64,000 bases of DNA from Eledone cirrhosa (lineage: Eukaryota), in NCBI GenBank assembly GCA_964016885.1, contig OZ024741.1, forward strand, positions 153,326,001 through 153,390,000, given 5' to 3'. A model generated the notes under the pieces. The model did not search any database and was not told the DNA's origin. It saw only the letters and a program-made list of their open reading frames with translations. The position numbers were made by a program, and so were the translations under genes. This document shows positions 37,121 to 51,193 of this stretch, one piece after another. How positions within the stretch are numbered: position 1 is the first letter of the stretch; each line of letters opens with the position of its first letter.

Positions 37121-37639
37121 ATATATATATATATATATATCCATACATACATATATATATGTAGATATATATATATATATACACGCACATGTATACACAC
37201 GCACAAACACACACACACACACAAACATATCTGACATGCATTTAACTTATATATATTGTTGCACTCTACTGAGTGCATTGGTTGTATTTTTATCATCATG
37301 CCATCACTAGTAAGGTTGTCTTGTCTTAGAGCCAACTGAAGTTTTCTATGGTGGGATGCCCTTCCTATCACAAACCACTTTACAGAGTGTACTTGGTGCA
37401 TTTATCATCAGATAAGTGCATGGTGCATTTATCATCACATGAGTGCTCTATGTATATAGTATATTATCATCATCATTATTCCATTTTATGTCCGCTTTTT
37501 GCCTGCTTGCAAGGGTGGGACGGGAACTGATTGTGGCTTGATTTCTACAGTTGGATGCCCTTCCTAACACCAACCTCATTTACAGTGAGTGCTGGGTGCT
37601 TTTTTGCCGTGGCATCTCCACGACCACTTTGCAGTGGAA

Positions 37640-37805
37640 TGATAGGGACCCCAGTCCCTATCATCTCATTTCTACAGCTGAGTAAACTGGAACAATGTGA
37701 AATAAAGTGTCTTGCTCAAGGAAACAACACATCACCCAGTCTGAGAATTGAACTCACAACCTTTCGATTGCAATGCCAATGCTCTAACCACTAAGCCATG
37801 TGCCT
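37640..37805 (-). mobile_element. tRNA-derived SINE (second type)
   Basis: ggcttagtggttagagc A-box, gttcaattc B-box, cttgagcaagacac core. Confidence 0.7.
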
Positions 37806-37829
37806 AGTAATATAAATTCTAAAGGGTTA

Positions 37830-38060
37830 ATTTTGTGGCAATTTTTATTTTTAGGTTCCACCAGTATTCCTTTGAGCCATCAGTCTCAATATATTCCTCC
37901 CTATTCTATTTGATTTTCATCTTCTTTAATGCATTCCAGATCGTTCTAGCAGTCACATCATGCCTCACAGTAGTAACAAGAAGACACTCTTTCACAGTTG
38001 TCAATAATGTGGTTAATATCTTCAATCTTTGTTTTGCACAGCTTACATTTATTGTCAACT
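37830..38060 (-). mobile_element. Fragment of an R4/Dong-like (RLE) non-LTR element
   Basis: DNKCKLC..EDINHII.NC...RHDV...YWWN CCHC region. Confidence 0.65.
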
Positions 38061-39182
38061 GATGACATTTATATAGATATGTTACAATATATGTAATGTT
38101 TAAATACTTATATAGAAATATTCATATGTAATCTTACTACATTCTGTAGCAGTAAGATTACATACAAATATTTGGTATGTTGCCTTCATCTAAGCAGTAA
38201 TTACACATGTTCAAGTATCGGACTGGCCACAACGGTCATCATTTTTTATATATGTATGTTATTGAGCTGTTGCAGTGACAGCACGTCAGGATAATAAGTT
38301 ATAATCAAAGTAGAGATGTAGTCCACATACTTGCAAAAACCTGGCTTTCTGTTAGAGACCCTCAAGGACCAGCTTGGCAGTTTGAGGGTCTTAAATCAGA
38401 TGATAGATTAACTCTAGGGCCAGTGGATTAACTCTAGTGACCAAGAACACATACAGTGTCTATTCAATTTCTCTCACATGGTGATGGTTGAGCCAAGGTT
38501 ATGTCAAGAGATATTTGTCTGAAATGCAACATAATTGTAAAGACATTCAAACCATGGAATTTCAAAGTGAACTTCTTAACTTCTTAACCACATGACTATT
38601 CCAGAACCCACTAATCTGCTGTATTCATAAAAGCCAGGAATAAAAGGAAATCATTTAATTGAATATTTCTTATTTTTCTACACCATATTTGGGTTCTACA
38701 TAACCATTTAAGAAAAGACAGGGTAAATGGTATATTATTATTGGCTGAAAAACCACCACCAGGCCCACATAACCATTTAATAAAAGACAGTGTAAATGGA
38801 ATATTATTGGTCCATTTTCCAATGAATAATCAAAGTATAAGGTTTCTAATCAATAAAAATTGTCAGACACACCCAGAGTGTTCATGAAAGGGCACCGTTA
38901 GAGAAAATCTTCATCACAACACACCCAACTTTAAATGATTAGTTAAAGATTAAGAGGAGGAGATTAAAACAGATAAGCCAAATATACCAACACAAATCAG
39001 CAAGCTGATAAATAATATTGATTTGCTGGGCAAAGGCACCCATAAATATGTTTAACAAAGATTTAATACATCAAAGTAGTACATCCTTCATTCCTACTTA
39101 ATGGAAAGATTCTGTAGAAGAAGTTAGTGTGTACATATATATATATATGTGTGTGTGTGTGTGCGTGTGTGCGTGTGCGTGT

Positions 39183-40703
39183 CATCATCATCATCGTTTA
39201 ACATCTATCTTCCACGCTAGGATGGATTAGACAGGAATTGTCCCACTTGAGGCAAGATTGATCGGGTGACCGTGTCTCGCTCATATAGAACTGTATCTGG
39301 CTGGTTTTCTGCCACTGGATGCCCTTCCTAACACCAACCACATTTACAGTGTTGACTGGGAGCCTTTTAACAGTGTCTCCTACACCACCACTTTACAGCA
39401 TGGACTGGGTGCTTTTTGTTGTGACACCTACACAACCAGTTTACAATGTGGACTGGATGTTCTGTGGTACCAACATAACTTTACAGGGAAAGGGTGGTGT
39501 TGGTGGGAGTGGGAGGATGGAGTAGGAGTAGTGGGTTGGGGTGTATATTTGGTTAAGAGGTGCCTACTGACTGTAGGTTTAACTTTGTACATAAGTATTA
39601 CTGCGTAGCGCCAAAGGTCTTGATCCAGTGACATTGTCTTAGAGAGGTGGAAGTGTGCAAGGTCAGATTTTATCATATCGTCCCAGGTTTTTCTGAGGTA
39701 TATATAGATATGTGTGTATGTAAATATATATGTAAATATATATGTATGTCTGTGTGTGTGTGTGTGTGTGTGTATAAATGTATGATAAATATGAATGTAT
39801 GTATGTGTAAGATATATAATATCAGTGTAAGTTATGGGTTTAACTAAAATATCAAAAGTGGGCCATTACAACCCCCACCCTGTTGATTAATGGACCGTGA
39901 CAAGTTGTGAGAGACAGTCACACCCATAAAATCAATGTCAGCATGGAGAACAAGACATAAGAAGTATGCAGGAAGTTATATACAAGCTACTATTGTGGGA
40001 ATCAACTCATACCACAAGAGGTGCAGTAGAGGAAAATGTGCTCAAACATTGATCAACTCCCAGACGATACAAAACCTCAGTAGGGAGTAGTTGCCAGCAG
40101 CAATGAAAAATCGGGAATTGTGGAGAGACTTTGTCAGGAATGTTCAACTGTGGTCACAATGATGATGATAACCCTTTCAGTAACTATAAAGACCTGGTCC
40201 ATCAACAAAAAAAAAAGAACTCAACCAGTTTCAAACATGTATACTCAAGGGCTGATTTACAATATAAAATTGAACATGCAATATATAAAAAAATTAAAAT
40301 ATTCATATATACATATCATCATCATCATCATCGTTTAATGTCTATTTTCCACACTTGCATGGCTTAAATGGGTTGTCCCATTTGAAGCAAGTCGAGTCAG
40401 GTGACCGTGTCATATAGAACTGTTTCTGGCTTGGTTTCTATTGCTGGAAGCCCTTCCTAATGCCAACCACATTTACAGTGTGTGCTGGGTGTTTTTGTCG
40501 TGACACCTACACAACCACTTTACAGTGTGGACTGGGTGCTTTTTGTAGTGTCACCTACACAACCACTCTACAGTGTGGACTGGGTGCTTTTTGTAGTGTC
40601 ACCTACACAACCACTCTACAGTGTGGGCTGGGTGCTTTTTGTTGTTACACCTACACAACCATATTACAGTATGGGCTGGGTGCTTTTTGTTTTGATACCA
40701 ACT

Positions 40704-40738
<35 letters not shown>

Positions 40739-40926
40739 TACTCTCCTCCTGCCTATAGGTCTACTCCAGCCACAGATTTCATCTGTGGCCTTCAGCAGGT
40801 TAACTTTCAGGAATTCCCACTGTTCCTCTATACTGTACGTCTCTAATTGCTCTTCCTTACTGTCAAAAGCATCAAGTAATATGCTTTTAAATTTGTTACT
40901 GGCTGTGGGGTTATTTAACTTCTATA

Positions 40927-40930
<4 letters not shown>
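39183..40930 (-). mobile_element. Cluster of RTE family A fragments (39183-39695, 40315-40700, 40738-40930)
   Basis: 3' UTR matches; 40738-40930 matches 48818-49010. Confidence 0.75.
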
Positions 40931-40969
<39 letters not shown>

Positions 40970-41084
40970 GCGTTTTGTGTGTGTGTATATATATATATAT
41001 GTGTGGATGTGGATGTATATATATATCGGCGTTTTGTGTGTGTGTATATATATATATATATATGTGTGGATGTGGATGTATATA

Positions 41085-41131
<47 letters not shown>

Positions 41132-41136
<5 letters not shown>

Positions 41137-41275
41137 AACCAGTAAGACCCCGTCGAAACGGCTTGAGCTCAGCTGTCGGGGTCTTACTGGTTCCTATTAC
41201 CCACTCTACTACCTCAAGTATTGAGTACTTTGGTGCGTTATGGTCCACCTGGTTCCTTACCACATTTCCTTCGTT
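41132..41275 (+). mobile_element. PLE-like 3' end with inverted tip and the 3' half of a hammerhead
   Basis: GAAAC-GGCU..AGCU-GUC-GGGGUC; 20-bp inverted repeat; (TA)n flanks. Confidence 0.6.
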
Positions 41276-41350
41276 ATATATATATATATGCATATATACA
41301 TTCACATCCACACATATATATATATATACACACACACAAAACGACGATGA

Positions 41351-41387
<37 letters not shown>

Positions 41388-41570
41388 GTAGGAGGTGAGT
41401 TTTATTGTAGTACAATAAAGCAATGCAGATATCGGATAAGAAGCACTCTACAGTTTGTAGGACTGGAGTATACATAATATATAAGATCAAAAGATGGTTG
41501 ATATGTTGATATGTTGATTTAAAACTGCACTATCCACAAGTGTTTTTTAGCCTTCATATCATGTTCTCCT

Positions 41571-41639
41571 GTTTTATCTGATGAAAACACAAATATTATT
41601 GCATGATGATGTTTGTTTTTGAAATGCGCATAATAAAAT
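41571..41639 (+). ncRNA. Type I hammerhead ribozyme
   Basis: UUUUAU-CUGAUGA-16-bp helix II-GAAA-UGCGCA-UA-AUAAAA. Confidence 0.85.
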
Positions 41640-41670
41640 ACATGGAACTCCTTTAACCATCTTTTGATCT

Positions 41671-41708
<38 letters not shown>

Positions 41709-41762
41709 CGTTTCTGAATTTGTTTAGCAAGATTCTTTATCTGAAAACGTGTGTTGAAACCG

Positions 41763-44384
41763 ATATTGTTATACTTTGGGAGGGTCATGTTGCCAATAAG
41801 AAACACACGCACCAGTTGCTTTCACTTCAATTTATTATAATAAATTTATAAATTTAGGAATTTATAAATTTCCGGTTGGTTGGTTGGTTCCACAACCAGA
41901 TGGTTGTTTATATAGTGTCAAAGTTCTTTCGTCACACGTTCTGTGACCTCTTCAGTGACTGGGGATTCTTTTCTTTGTTTTTGTGCCTCTCCTTTGTTCT
42001 GTCCTACGCCATCTTGTTTCTGTGTGTGTGTTGTGTGCTCAGTCTGCGCATGTGCCATATCCGCGTGTCTGTGTGTGTTTATATTTGTTTATTTATTTGT
42101 TTATTTACATGTTACTGGTTGGTTGTTTGTTCTATGTGCGTGTGTGTTTTCATTCTGTCCTTAATTGTAAGTTGTGATGTTGCTGTTCCACTCATGTTTT
42201 CTATTTAATTTTGGTTGGAGTTCATTTATGTTTATTGCCTCTGTGATTTGTCTAAACATTGCGTCTTTTCTGTGTGTAGATTATATTTTTATTTCTATGT
42301 TCTCTAATTTACCCTTATGTTCTATTTTAGCATGTTGGTAGAGTACAGATGATTCTTTATTATCTTGAAGGTCTCCCTGTATCCATCTATTAACGTGGAC
42401 TTTGCTGTGGAGAAATGCATACAAATGATTAGTGAGAGCAATGTTGAATTCCATGGGATTGATACCAGTGAGCTGGGACCCTACTTAAACTTACCTATAG
42501 TAATAATTATCTAGATACATATGACCTTAGCAACCTGTGCCCTACAAGACCAGCAAGAGGCAGACCACCTACCATTACCTCAATGGCCAAGAAAACCCAC
42601 ACAGATAGATGGAACGGGTGGACCAGAGCCATACGGACCCCCGAAAACCACGATGAACTAAAGAAAATGATTGCACATGCGGTGGGGGCCAGCAAAAAAT
42701 TAACCCTTAAGGAACATATGTTCAAATTTAATGGAAAAACATATGCCCAAGAGGAGGGAGCAGCCATTGGTGTTAGCATTGCAGGCGACATAGCTAACCT
42801 ATTCATGGTATGGTGGGACAGTAGACTTAAACTTAAACTTAAAGAACAATTAGAAGACCCCTTAACCCTGATAATGTACTCCCGCTATGTTGATGATATA
42901 AGCATCGTAGTTAAAACACCCCCACTAGAGAACAGTCAGGAACTAGAGAAAAGCACAGTGGAAAGCATCCAGCAAATAGCTAACTCCATCCACCAGAGTA
43001 TTAGAGTTACTATAGACTTCCCAAGCAAACACCCCAACCATTGATTACCCGTACTAGACACAGAGCTCTGGTTAGATACCATTAATAACAAAAAACAAAT
43101 CCTCCATTCCCATTATGCCAAACCCATGACTTCCAAATATCTGATCCACTGAAACTCAGCTGTTTCGGACCATACCAAAATCAACATACTGATTGCGGAT
43201 TTGGTACGGGTGATGAGAAACGTGTCCCGCATGTGCAACCCCGAAGAATTAGAGAGACATATACAACACTTCATCCACCATATGCAGTTCTCTGGTTACA
43301 ATCAGAGAGATAAAATCAGAGTGTATAGAGGAGCCAGAACCAAATGGGAAAAAATGGTAAATAATGACACAAATAGGACCTGCCCCTTGTATAGGAGCAA
43401 ATTTTGGAATAGAATAGAAAGAACTAGGAATAAGGCTAATAGAATAAACTCATGGTATGATAGCAATAAATACCAGAGTGTAATGTTCATCGATACAACA
43501 CCTAGAGGTGAATTAGCTTACAAATTTAGAAGGGCCCTACATAAACATAAACTCAATTTAAGATAGTAGAAAGACCAGGTACCTCCATAAAAACACTTAT
43601 TAGCAAGATATACCCTTTTCAAAGACCTCCCTGTATAGATAAGAAATGTATAATCTGTAAATTAAGCCCCCATATTAACTGTAAAACTAGAAATGTAGTA
43701 TATAGCATAAGATGTACTGAAGGACAATGTAGAGATAAAAATATAGTGTACATAGGTGAGACAGCTCGTAGTGTAGGGGAACGGATAAATGAACACTGGC
43801 GAGACCTTCAAGATAGTAAAGAATCAACTGTACTCTACCAACATGCTAAAATAGAACATAAGGGTAAATTAGAGAACATAGAAATAAAAATATAATCTAC
43901 ACACAGAAAAGACGCAATGTTTAGACAAATCACAGAGGCAATAAACATAAATGAACTCCAACCAAAATTAAATAGAAAACATGAGTGGAACAGCAACATC
44001 ACAACTTACAATTAAGGACAGAATGAAAACACACACGCACATAGAACAAACAACCAACCAGTAACATGTAAATAAACAAATAAATAAACGAATATAAACA
44101 CACACAGACACGCGGATATGGCACATGCGCAGACTGAGCACACAACACACACACAGAAACAAGATGGTGTAGGACAGAACAAAGGAGAGGCACAAAAACA
44201 AAGAAAAGAATCCCCAGTCACTGAAGAGGTCACAGAATGGGTGACGAAAGAACTTTGACAATATATTTGGTGGAACCAACCAACCAGCCGGAAATTTATA
44301 AATTCCTAAATTTATTATAATAAATTGAAGTGAAAGCAACTGGTGCGTGTGTTTCTTATTGGCAACATGACCCTCCCAAAGTAT

Positions 44385-44390
<6 letters not shown>
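41763..44390 (+). mobile_element. Penelope-like element: inverted 3' copy (41763-42375) joined to a 5'-truncated RT-GIY-YIG ORF (42374-~44010) and pLTR
   Basis: SLYPSI, QEEGAAIG, RYVDD, LPVLD, HYAKPM, Cys-rich linker, VVY..C..C..YIGET..R..EH, QH...H, LNRKHEW; arms 41763-42375 and 43801-44390. Confidence 0.93.
44217..44259 (+). ncRNA. Type I hammerhead ribozyme in the PLE pLTR (mirror copy 41917-41959, -)
   Basis: GUCA-CUGAAGA-G-GUCAC..GUGAC-GAAA-GAAC-UU-UGAC. Confidence 0.8.
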
Positions 44391-44425
<35 letters not shown>

Positions 44426-44454
44426 TGTGTATATATATATGTATATATATATAT

Positions 44455-45196
<742 letters not shown>

Positions 45197-45201
45197 GGAG
45201 G

Positions 45202-45818
45202 CATGCAGACAAAGTTTCCAGTGACAACATTGGTCTTAGGTGTCGTCAGCAGTCAAGGTGACATTATGCCACCTCACTTCTTCTCTGAGGGCCTCAAGTT
45301 GAACACCGATGGCTACATCTGCATTCTGAGCGAGGTAGTAAAGCCCTGGATCGACCAGGTAGCTGAAGGTAGGCCGTACGTATGGTAGCAAGAATCAGCG
45401 CGCTGCCATACCAGGCGAAAGACCCAAGCCTGGCTGTCAGAGAACTTCGTCGACCACACTTCACCTGACATCTGGCCTCCCAGCTCGCCTGACTGCAACC
45501 CCCTCGACTTCTTTGTGTGGGGCGCAGTGGAACGAGACACCAACAGATCTAGCTGCAATACGAAAGACGATCTGAAGGCCAGGATCACAAGTGTCTTTAG
45601 GGGCCTAAGTCGGGGAACAGGGACGAAGGCCTGTAGCCGGTTCCGAGGCCACCTTGAGGCCGTCATCAAAGCCAATGGCAGGTTTATCGAGTGAGATCGG
45701 AAGAACAAGTCATGAAGACAAACTGACCCTAGATTGATAAATATATCTTAAAAAATAAAACTACTGTGTTATTTTTTCCTAGACAGTAATCTTGCGAACA
45801 AATATCGTCTGCATCCTG
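45202..45818 (+). pseudogene. 3' half of a defective maT (DD37D) transposon copy
   Basis: Matches 58791-59405; WQQD has become W*QE; right TIR followed by TA. Confidence 0.92.
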
Positions 45819-45859
45819 TATATATATAGGAAAGTAAATAACAACAACACAGGAGTACA

Positions 45860-45930
<71 letters not shown>

Positions 45931-46049
45931 CATATATATATATAAGCAGAAGGGATATTTAATTTGTTGGAAATTCAACAAATATAAATGTTTATAACTG
46001 ATTCAGAGCACTCGACAGATTTCTGGAGTAAATATTCAATGATATTAAA

Positions 46050-46378
46050 TCAATGATATTAAATAAATGGAAACTATATTTATAAAACCATATTTATTCT
46101 ATTATATATATTTCAAGGGTACCAAAAACTTTGGTATGCTTTCATCAGATAAAATACAAAGTGTGTTTTATAAATTTTGACATAGCCAAGGAACATACCT
46201 TATCACCCAAGGAAAATTCAACTGATAAGGTATGTTCCTTGGCTATGTCAAAGTTTATCAAACACACTTTATATTTTATCTGATGAAAGCGTACCAAAGT
46301 TTTTGGTACCCTTGAAATATATATAATAGAATAAATATGGTTTTATAAATATTGTTTCCATTTATTTAAAATCATTGA
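46050..46378. mobile_element. Fold-back element with an intact hammerhead in each arm (46272-46333 +, 46095-46156 -)
   Basis: UAUUUUAU-CUGAUGA-AAGCGUACCAAA/GUU/UUUGGUACCCUU-GAAA-UAUAUA-UA-AUAGAAUA; arms 46050-46205 and 46223-46378. Confidence 0.85.
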
Positions 46379-46524
46379 ATATATAGATATACATATGTAT
46401 GTATACTAGACAATCTTAACAGAAACGTTCAGAGTGCTCATCAGATGAAATTATATAAATAACATAGATATTTTATCTGATGAGCATTCTGGACGTATAT
46501 GTATACATATATATATATACACAC

Positions 46525-49007
46525 ATCATCATCATCATCGTCGTTTAACGTCTATCTTCCATGCTAGCATGGGTTTAGACAGGAATTGTCCCACTTGAGG
46601 AAAGATTGGTTGTCTTGCTCATATAGGACTATCTGGCAAGTTTTCTATGGCTGGATGCCCTTCCTAACACCAACCATGTTTACAGTGTGGACTGGGAGGT
46701 TTTTACCGTGTTACCTACACAGCCACATTACAGCGTGGAATGTGTGTTTTTTTGTTGTGACATATACACAACCTCATTTATTTAGGACTGGATGTTGTGG
46801 TACTAACATAACTTTACAGAGAAAGGGGTGGTGTAGATGGAGTGGGGGTAGGGGTAGTGGGATGGGGGGTGTATTTTTGGTTAAGAGGTGCCTACTGACT
46901 GTAGGTTTCGCTTTGTACTTAGGCAAGGCGGTTTTTCTGGGTCTGCCTACTTCATAGCTTCCATCAATTTTGATCACCCTGCACTTTTTTATACAGCTGT
47001 CATCTTTCATGTGCATCACGTGACCATACCAACGTAGTCTTCTCTCGAGTAAATAGCATCTGATCCCTCTTATTCTTAATTTCTCACTTAGTTCATTTTT
47101 GCTTTGCCGTTCACGTATATTACTATTACACATCCAACGGAGCATGCAAGCTTCGTTCCTCTCCAGTCTGCACAGATCCTCTGCACACAATGCCCATGTC
47201 TCACTGCCATGTAACATAGCTGTTCGTATGCAGGCATCATACAGCCTGCTTTCATTTTTAGAGAGAAACCTTTAGCAGCCAATAGTGGTATAAGCTCTCT
47301 GAACTTTTTCCATCCCGTTCTGACTCCACCACTGCTGATTTTGTCACCCAGGTAACGGAAGGTGTCCACTATTTCTATAGAACCATCTGGGCAATGGAAG
47401 GAGCTAGTATCCTGTGGGCACTTGCTACTACTTATTGCACCTGAGCACCGGCCACATATAAAATCCATGTTCTTAATTAGCTTACCTGTGATCCCACTAC
47501 ATCTTTTATGCACCCATACTTTGCATTGGGACATAAAATGGAGTTTCTGCCTATTCCTTTCCTACACACTGAGCATGGCCATTTCCCAGAGAGGACCAGT
47601 GCCCTATTTTCCTTCCTACATTCTAGAACTTTAGTCTTAGACAAGTTAATTTTAAGGCCTTTTGATTCTAGGCCATGCTTCCATGTTTGGAATTTCTTCT
47701 CTAGTTCAGCCATTGATTCAGCTATGAGCATTAGATCAGCTGCGTATAAGAGTTCCCATGGGCAACCAGTCTTGAACTCCTCTGTTATAGCCTGAAGGGC
47801 AATAATAAATAGGACGGGGCTAAAGACAGAGCCCCTGATGAACACCAACTTTTACGCTAAATTCTTCACTATATTCATTGTTAATTCTAACCTTGCTGAC
47901 TGTTTCTTTATACATGGCTTGTATATCTCTCACAAGCCAGTCATCAACACCTAGTTTTCTAAGGGCCCAACAGATAATGGAGTGGGGGACTCTGTCAAAG
48001 GCTTTCTCCAAGTCAACAAAAGCTAAGTATAGGGGTTTACTTTTAGCTAGGTACTTCTCCTGTAGTTGTTGTACAAGGAAAAGGGCGTCTGTGGTACTTT
48101 TACCTGACACAAACCCAAACTGCATTTCATCTAGATCAATTCGCTCTCTGATTAGTTGCACTATAACTCTTTCTGTGACCTTCATGACCTGGTCAATTAA
48201 TTTAATGTCTCTATAGTTTCCCCTATCTAGGGCATCTCCTTTACCCTTGTAACAGTTAATGATGATGCTGCTACGCCAATCATTTGGTATGACCCCGTTC
48301 TGTATTACTTCGTTTACTATCCGGGTGACCATAGTGTGTCCCACCGATCCAGATGCTTTCAGCATTTCAGCAACTATCTCCGAAGGCCCAGCTGCTTTGC
48401 CAGTCTTCATATCTTTGACTGCCTTACTTACTATACTACCTTCAACTTGCACTGCTGGTCCCTCTATTTGATCAATTTTGGGCAGACTATCTTTTTCCCA
48501 CTTATTCTCCTCAATTTAGTAGACTCTCGTAGTGACACTTCCAAGCTACCTTCTTATCAGTATCAGTGAGGGCAAGTATACCATCATCACGGACACACTT
48601 CTCCCCGACAATATCACGGCTTTCCTTGACACATTGTCTAGCAATCCTGAACACCTCACGTTTTTGGTCCTCGCATTGTAGAAAATGCTTGAACTTTCTT
48701 TCCTCTGCTTCCCTTCTTGCAAAGTTCACTTGTCTCCTAGCTTCCCTCCTGGCCACTTGAAAGTGTTCTCTACTTCCCCCATCCCACCATACTTTCCAAG
48801 CTTGCTTTTTGGCACCATGTTACTCTCCTCCTGCCTATAGGTCTACTCCAGCCACAGATTTCATCTGTGGCCTTCAGCAGGTTAACTTTCAGGAATTCCC
48901 ACTGTTCCTCTTTACTGTACGTCTCTAATTGCTCTTCCTTACTCTCAAAAGCATCAAGTAATATGCTTTTAAATTGTTATTGGCTATGAGGTACTTTAAC
49001 TTTCATA

Positions 49008-49010
<3 letters not shown>
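46525..49010 (-). mobile_element. RTE LINE family A, 5'-truncated
   Basis: RT motifs, PHD-like insert, (GAT)n tail. Confidence 0.95.
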
Positions 49011-49055
<45 letters not shown>

Positions 49056-49210
49056 TATATACATCCACATCCACATATATATATATATACACACACACAA
49101 GGCATCCAGCCATAGAAACCAACCCAAAATACAATCTGTCTAACCCATGTAAGTGTAGAAAATGGACGTTAAACAATGATGATGATATATGTATCTATCT
49201 ATCTCCCTAA

Positions 49211-49270
<60 letters not shown>

Positions 49271-49274
<4 letters not shown>

Positions 49275-49453
49275 GTTTCTACCTTTGGCACAAGGCCAGC
49301 AATTACCCAGTACATTACTGGTACTTTATTTTATTGACCCCCGTATGGATGAAAGGCAAAGTTAGCCTCAGCGGGATTTAAACTCAGATCGTAAAGGGAC
49401 GTAACTATGCTGGAAAGCATGTCCGACCCTTTACCGATACTGCCAATTCACCA
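49271..49453 (-). mobile_element. tRNA/Meta-like SINE
   Basis: Reverse complement of the SINE type at 20739. Confidence 0.75.
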
Positions 49454-49544
49454 ATGTTGGAGAGACTGAGCTTCTCGTTGTTTTTCAAATTTTTATTGAC
49501 TTTGCCATTTTTTTATATTAGGAAAATTTTACAAATCAAAATAA

Positions 49545-50727
49545 TTACCATCGTTTGTAATTACTGTCTGCCATCGTTTAGGAAGGTACATAGTTCCATC
49601 CCTATGGAATTCTTCTGATTTTGATGCAAAGAAGTCCATCAGCTACTGGTCTTGATTGCATTACAATGTTCATTGAGAGAAAATGGAGATAGTCTGTAGG
49701 CACGAGGATGGGAAAACATGATGGATGAGGCAGAAACTTCCACCTAGCTCCAACAACTTCTCATGGGTCTTTCTTGATGTATGCAACCAAGCGTTATCAT
49801 GAAGAAATCGAACAGAACGATGGTGTGGGCACATGTGAGCGATTTTCACCACTAATCTGTCTAGTTGTTGGCAATAGACATCAGAGGTTATGTTGGTGTT
49901 CAGTGGGAGCAATTCATAGTGGAACATACCTTTCCAGTCCCACCTGATGGTTAATCGGGTTTTGTGTGGGTGGAAACCTGATTTGCTTGCCATTGTGGCA
50001 CACTCCCTTTATCAACCAATGGTTGCTTGCACTTGACATTAATATAGATTTGTTTATTTTAGATAGATAGATTTCTTGACATTAATATAGGGAGACTATT
50101 TTTCATCACCAGTAACAATGGAATGTAACCAGTTGGTTGTGTGATGGTAAGAGAGCAGAGAAGTCGCAGCTGCCACACGACATTCATGATTATGGTCAGT
50201 CAGATTGTAGGGCACCAATTGGTCCAGCTTGGACATCTTCTCTATTACATGCAAATGTAATGGGTAAGTTTTGTCGATGCCCCAAGCACATTGTAGAGTT
50301 GACGTATATGTCTGGTGTGGGTCGACTTCCTCCAGCTCACACAATTGCTTGAGATTGCAGTCAGATGGACGTCCTTCATTGGTCAATTGTCAAGCCTTTA
50401 ATAACCAGAATGAAAGTGTGTAAACGAGTTCCTGGCACTGCGTTCAGATATGGCAGGTGACCCAAATGTCTTGTTAAAGCGACAACTCAATGCTGCTCCG
50501 CTTAAACCAGTCATTTGAAGTCAAAAAGAAAACAGCCCCCAAATAAACAATTTAGACAGATCTATGCTGCTTCCCCTTTGACAGTGTAACAGAAAATGAG
50601 AAATGCACATACAGCATACTAAAATCATTTTTTATATATGTGCACATGCGCAACCATCAACATTTCCAGAAAACTCTACTAAAATACTTCCTTTTGAAAA
50701 ACGGCAGCAACTTTCAGCCCAACCCAA
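49545..50727 (-). pseudogene. Degenerate mariner transposon
   Basis: IVTGDEK, WDWKG..YELL, LHDNA, FFASK..LPKRW remnants; TA|TTGGGTTGG TIR-like end. Confidence 0.85.
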
Positions 50728-50760
50728 TATATATGTGTGTGTGTGTGTATGTGTGTACAT

Positions 50761-50805
<45 letters not shown>

Positions 50806-50839
50806 CAGGTAGAAGTATACATTCAGTGAAGCCTCCAGC

Positions 50840-51116
50840 CCGCATTGTAGAGTGGTCGCGTAGGTGTCACAACAAAAAGCACCCAGTACTCATTGTAAAT
50901 GTGGTTGGTGTTAGGAAGGGCATCCAGCTGTAGAAATCAAGGCAGAATCAGTTCCATATGAGCAAGACATGATCATCTGACCTGGCATTGCTCACAACAG
51001 AACAACTCCTCTAACCCCATGTTAGCGTGGAAAATGGACATTAAATGGCGATTATGATGATGTATATATATATATATATAAATGAAAAGTATAGAAATTA
51101 TTGTAGCAAGAAGCCG

Positions 51117-51193
<77 letters not shown>

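Noticed and set aside
43042-43152. Two in-frame TGA codons in the PLE RT read as selenocysteines
   Set aside because: Neither is in an evident Cys context, CGA>TGA decay explains both, and the ORF also has frameshifts and a TAA; no SECIS was identified.
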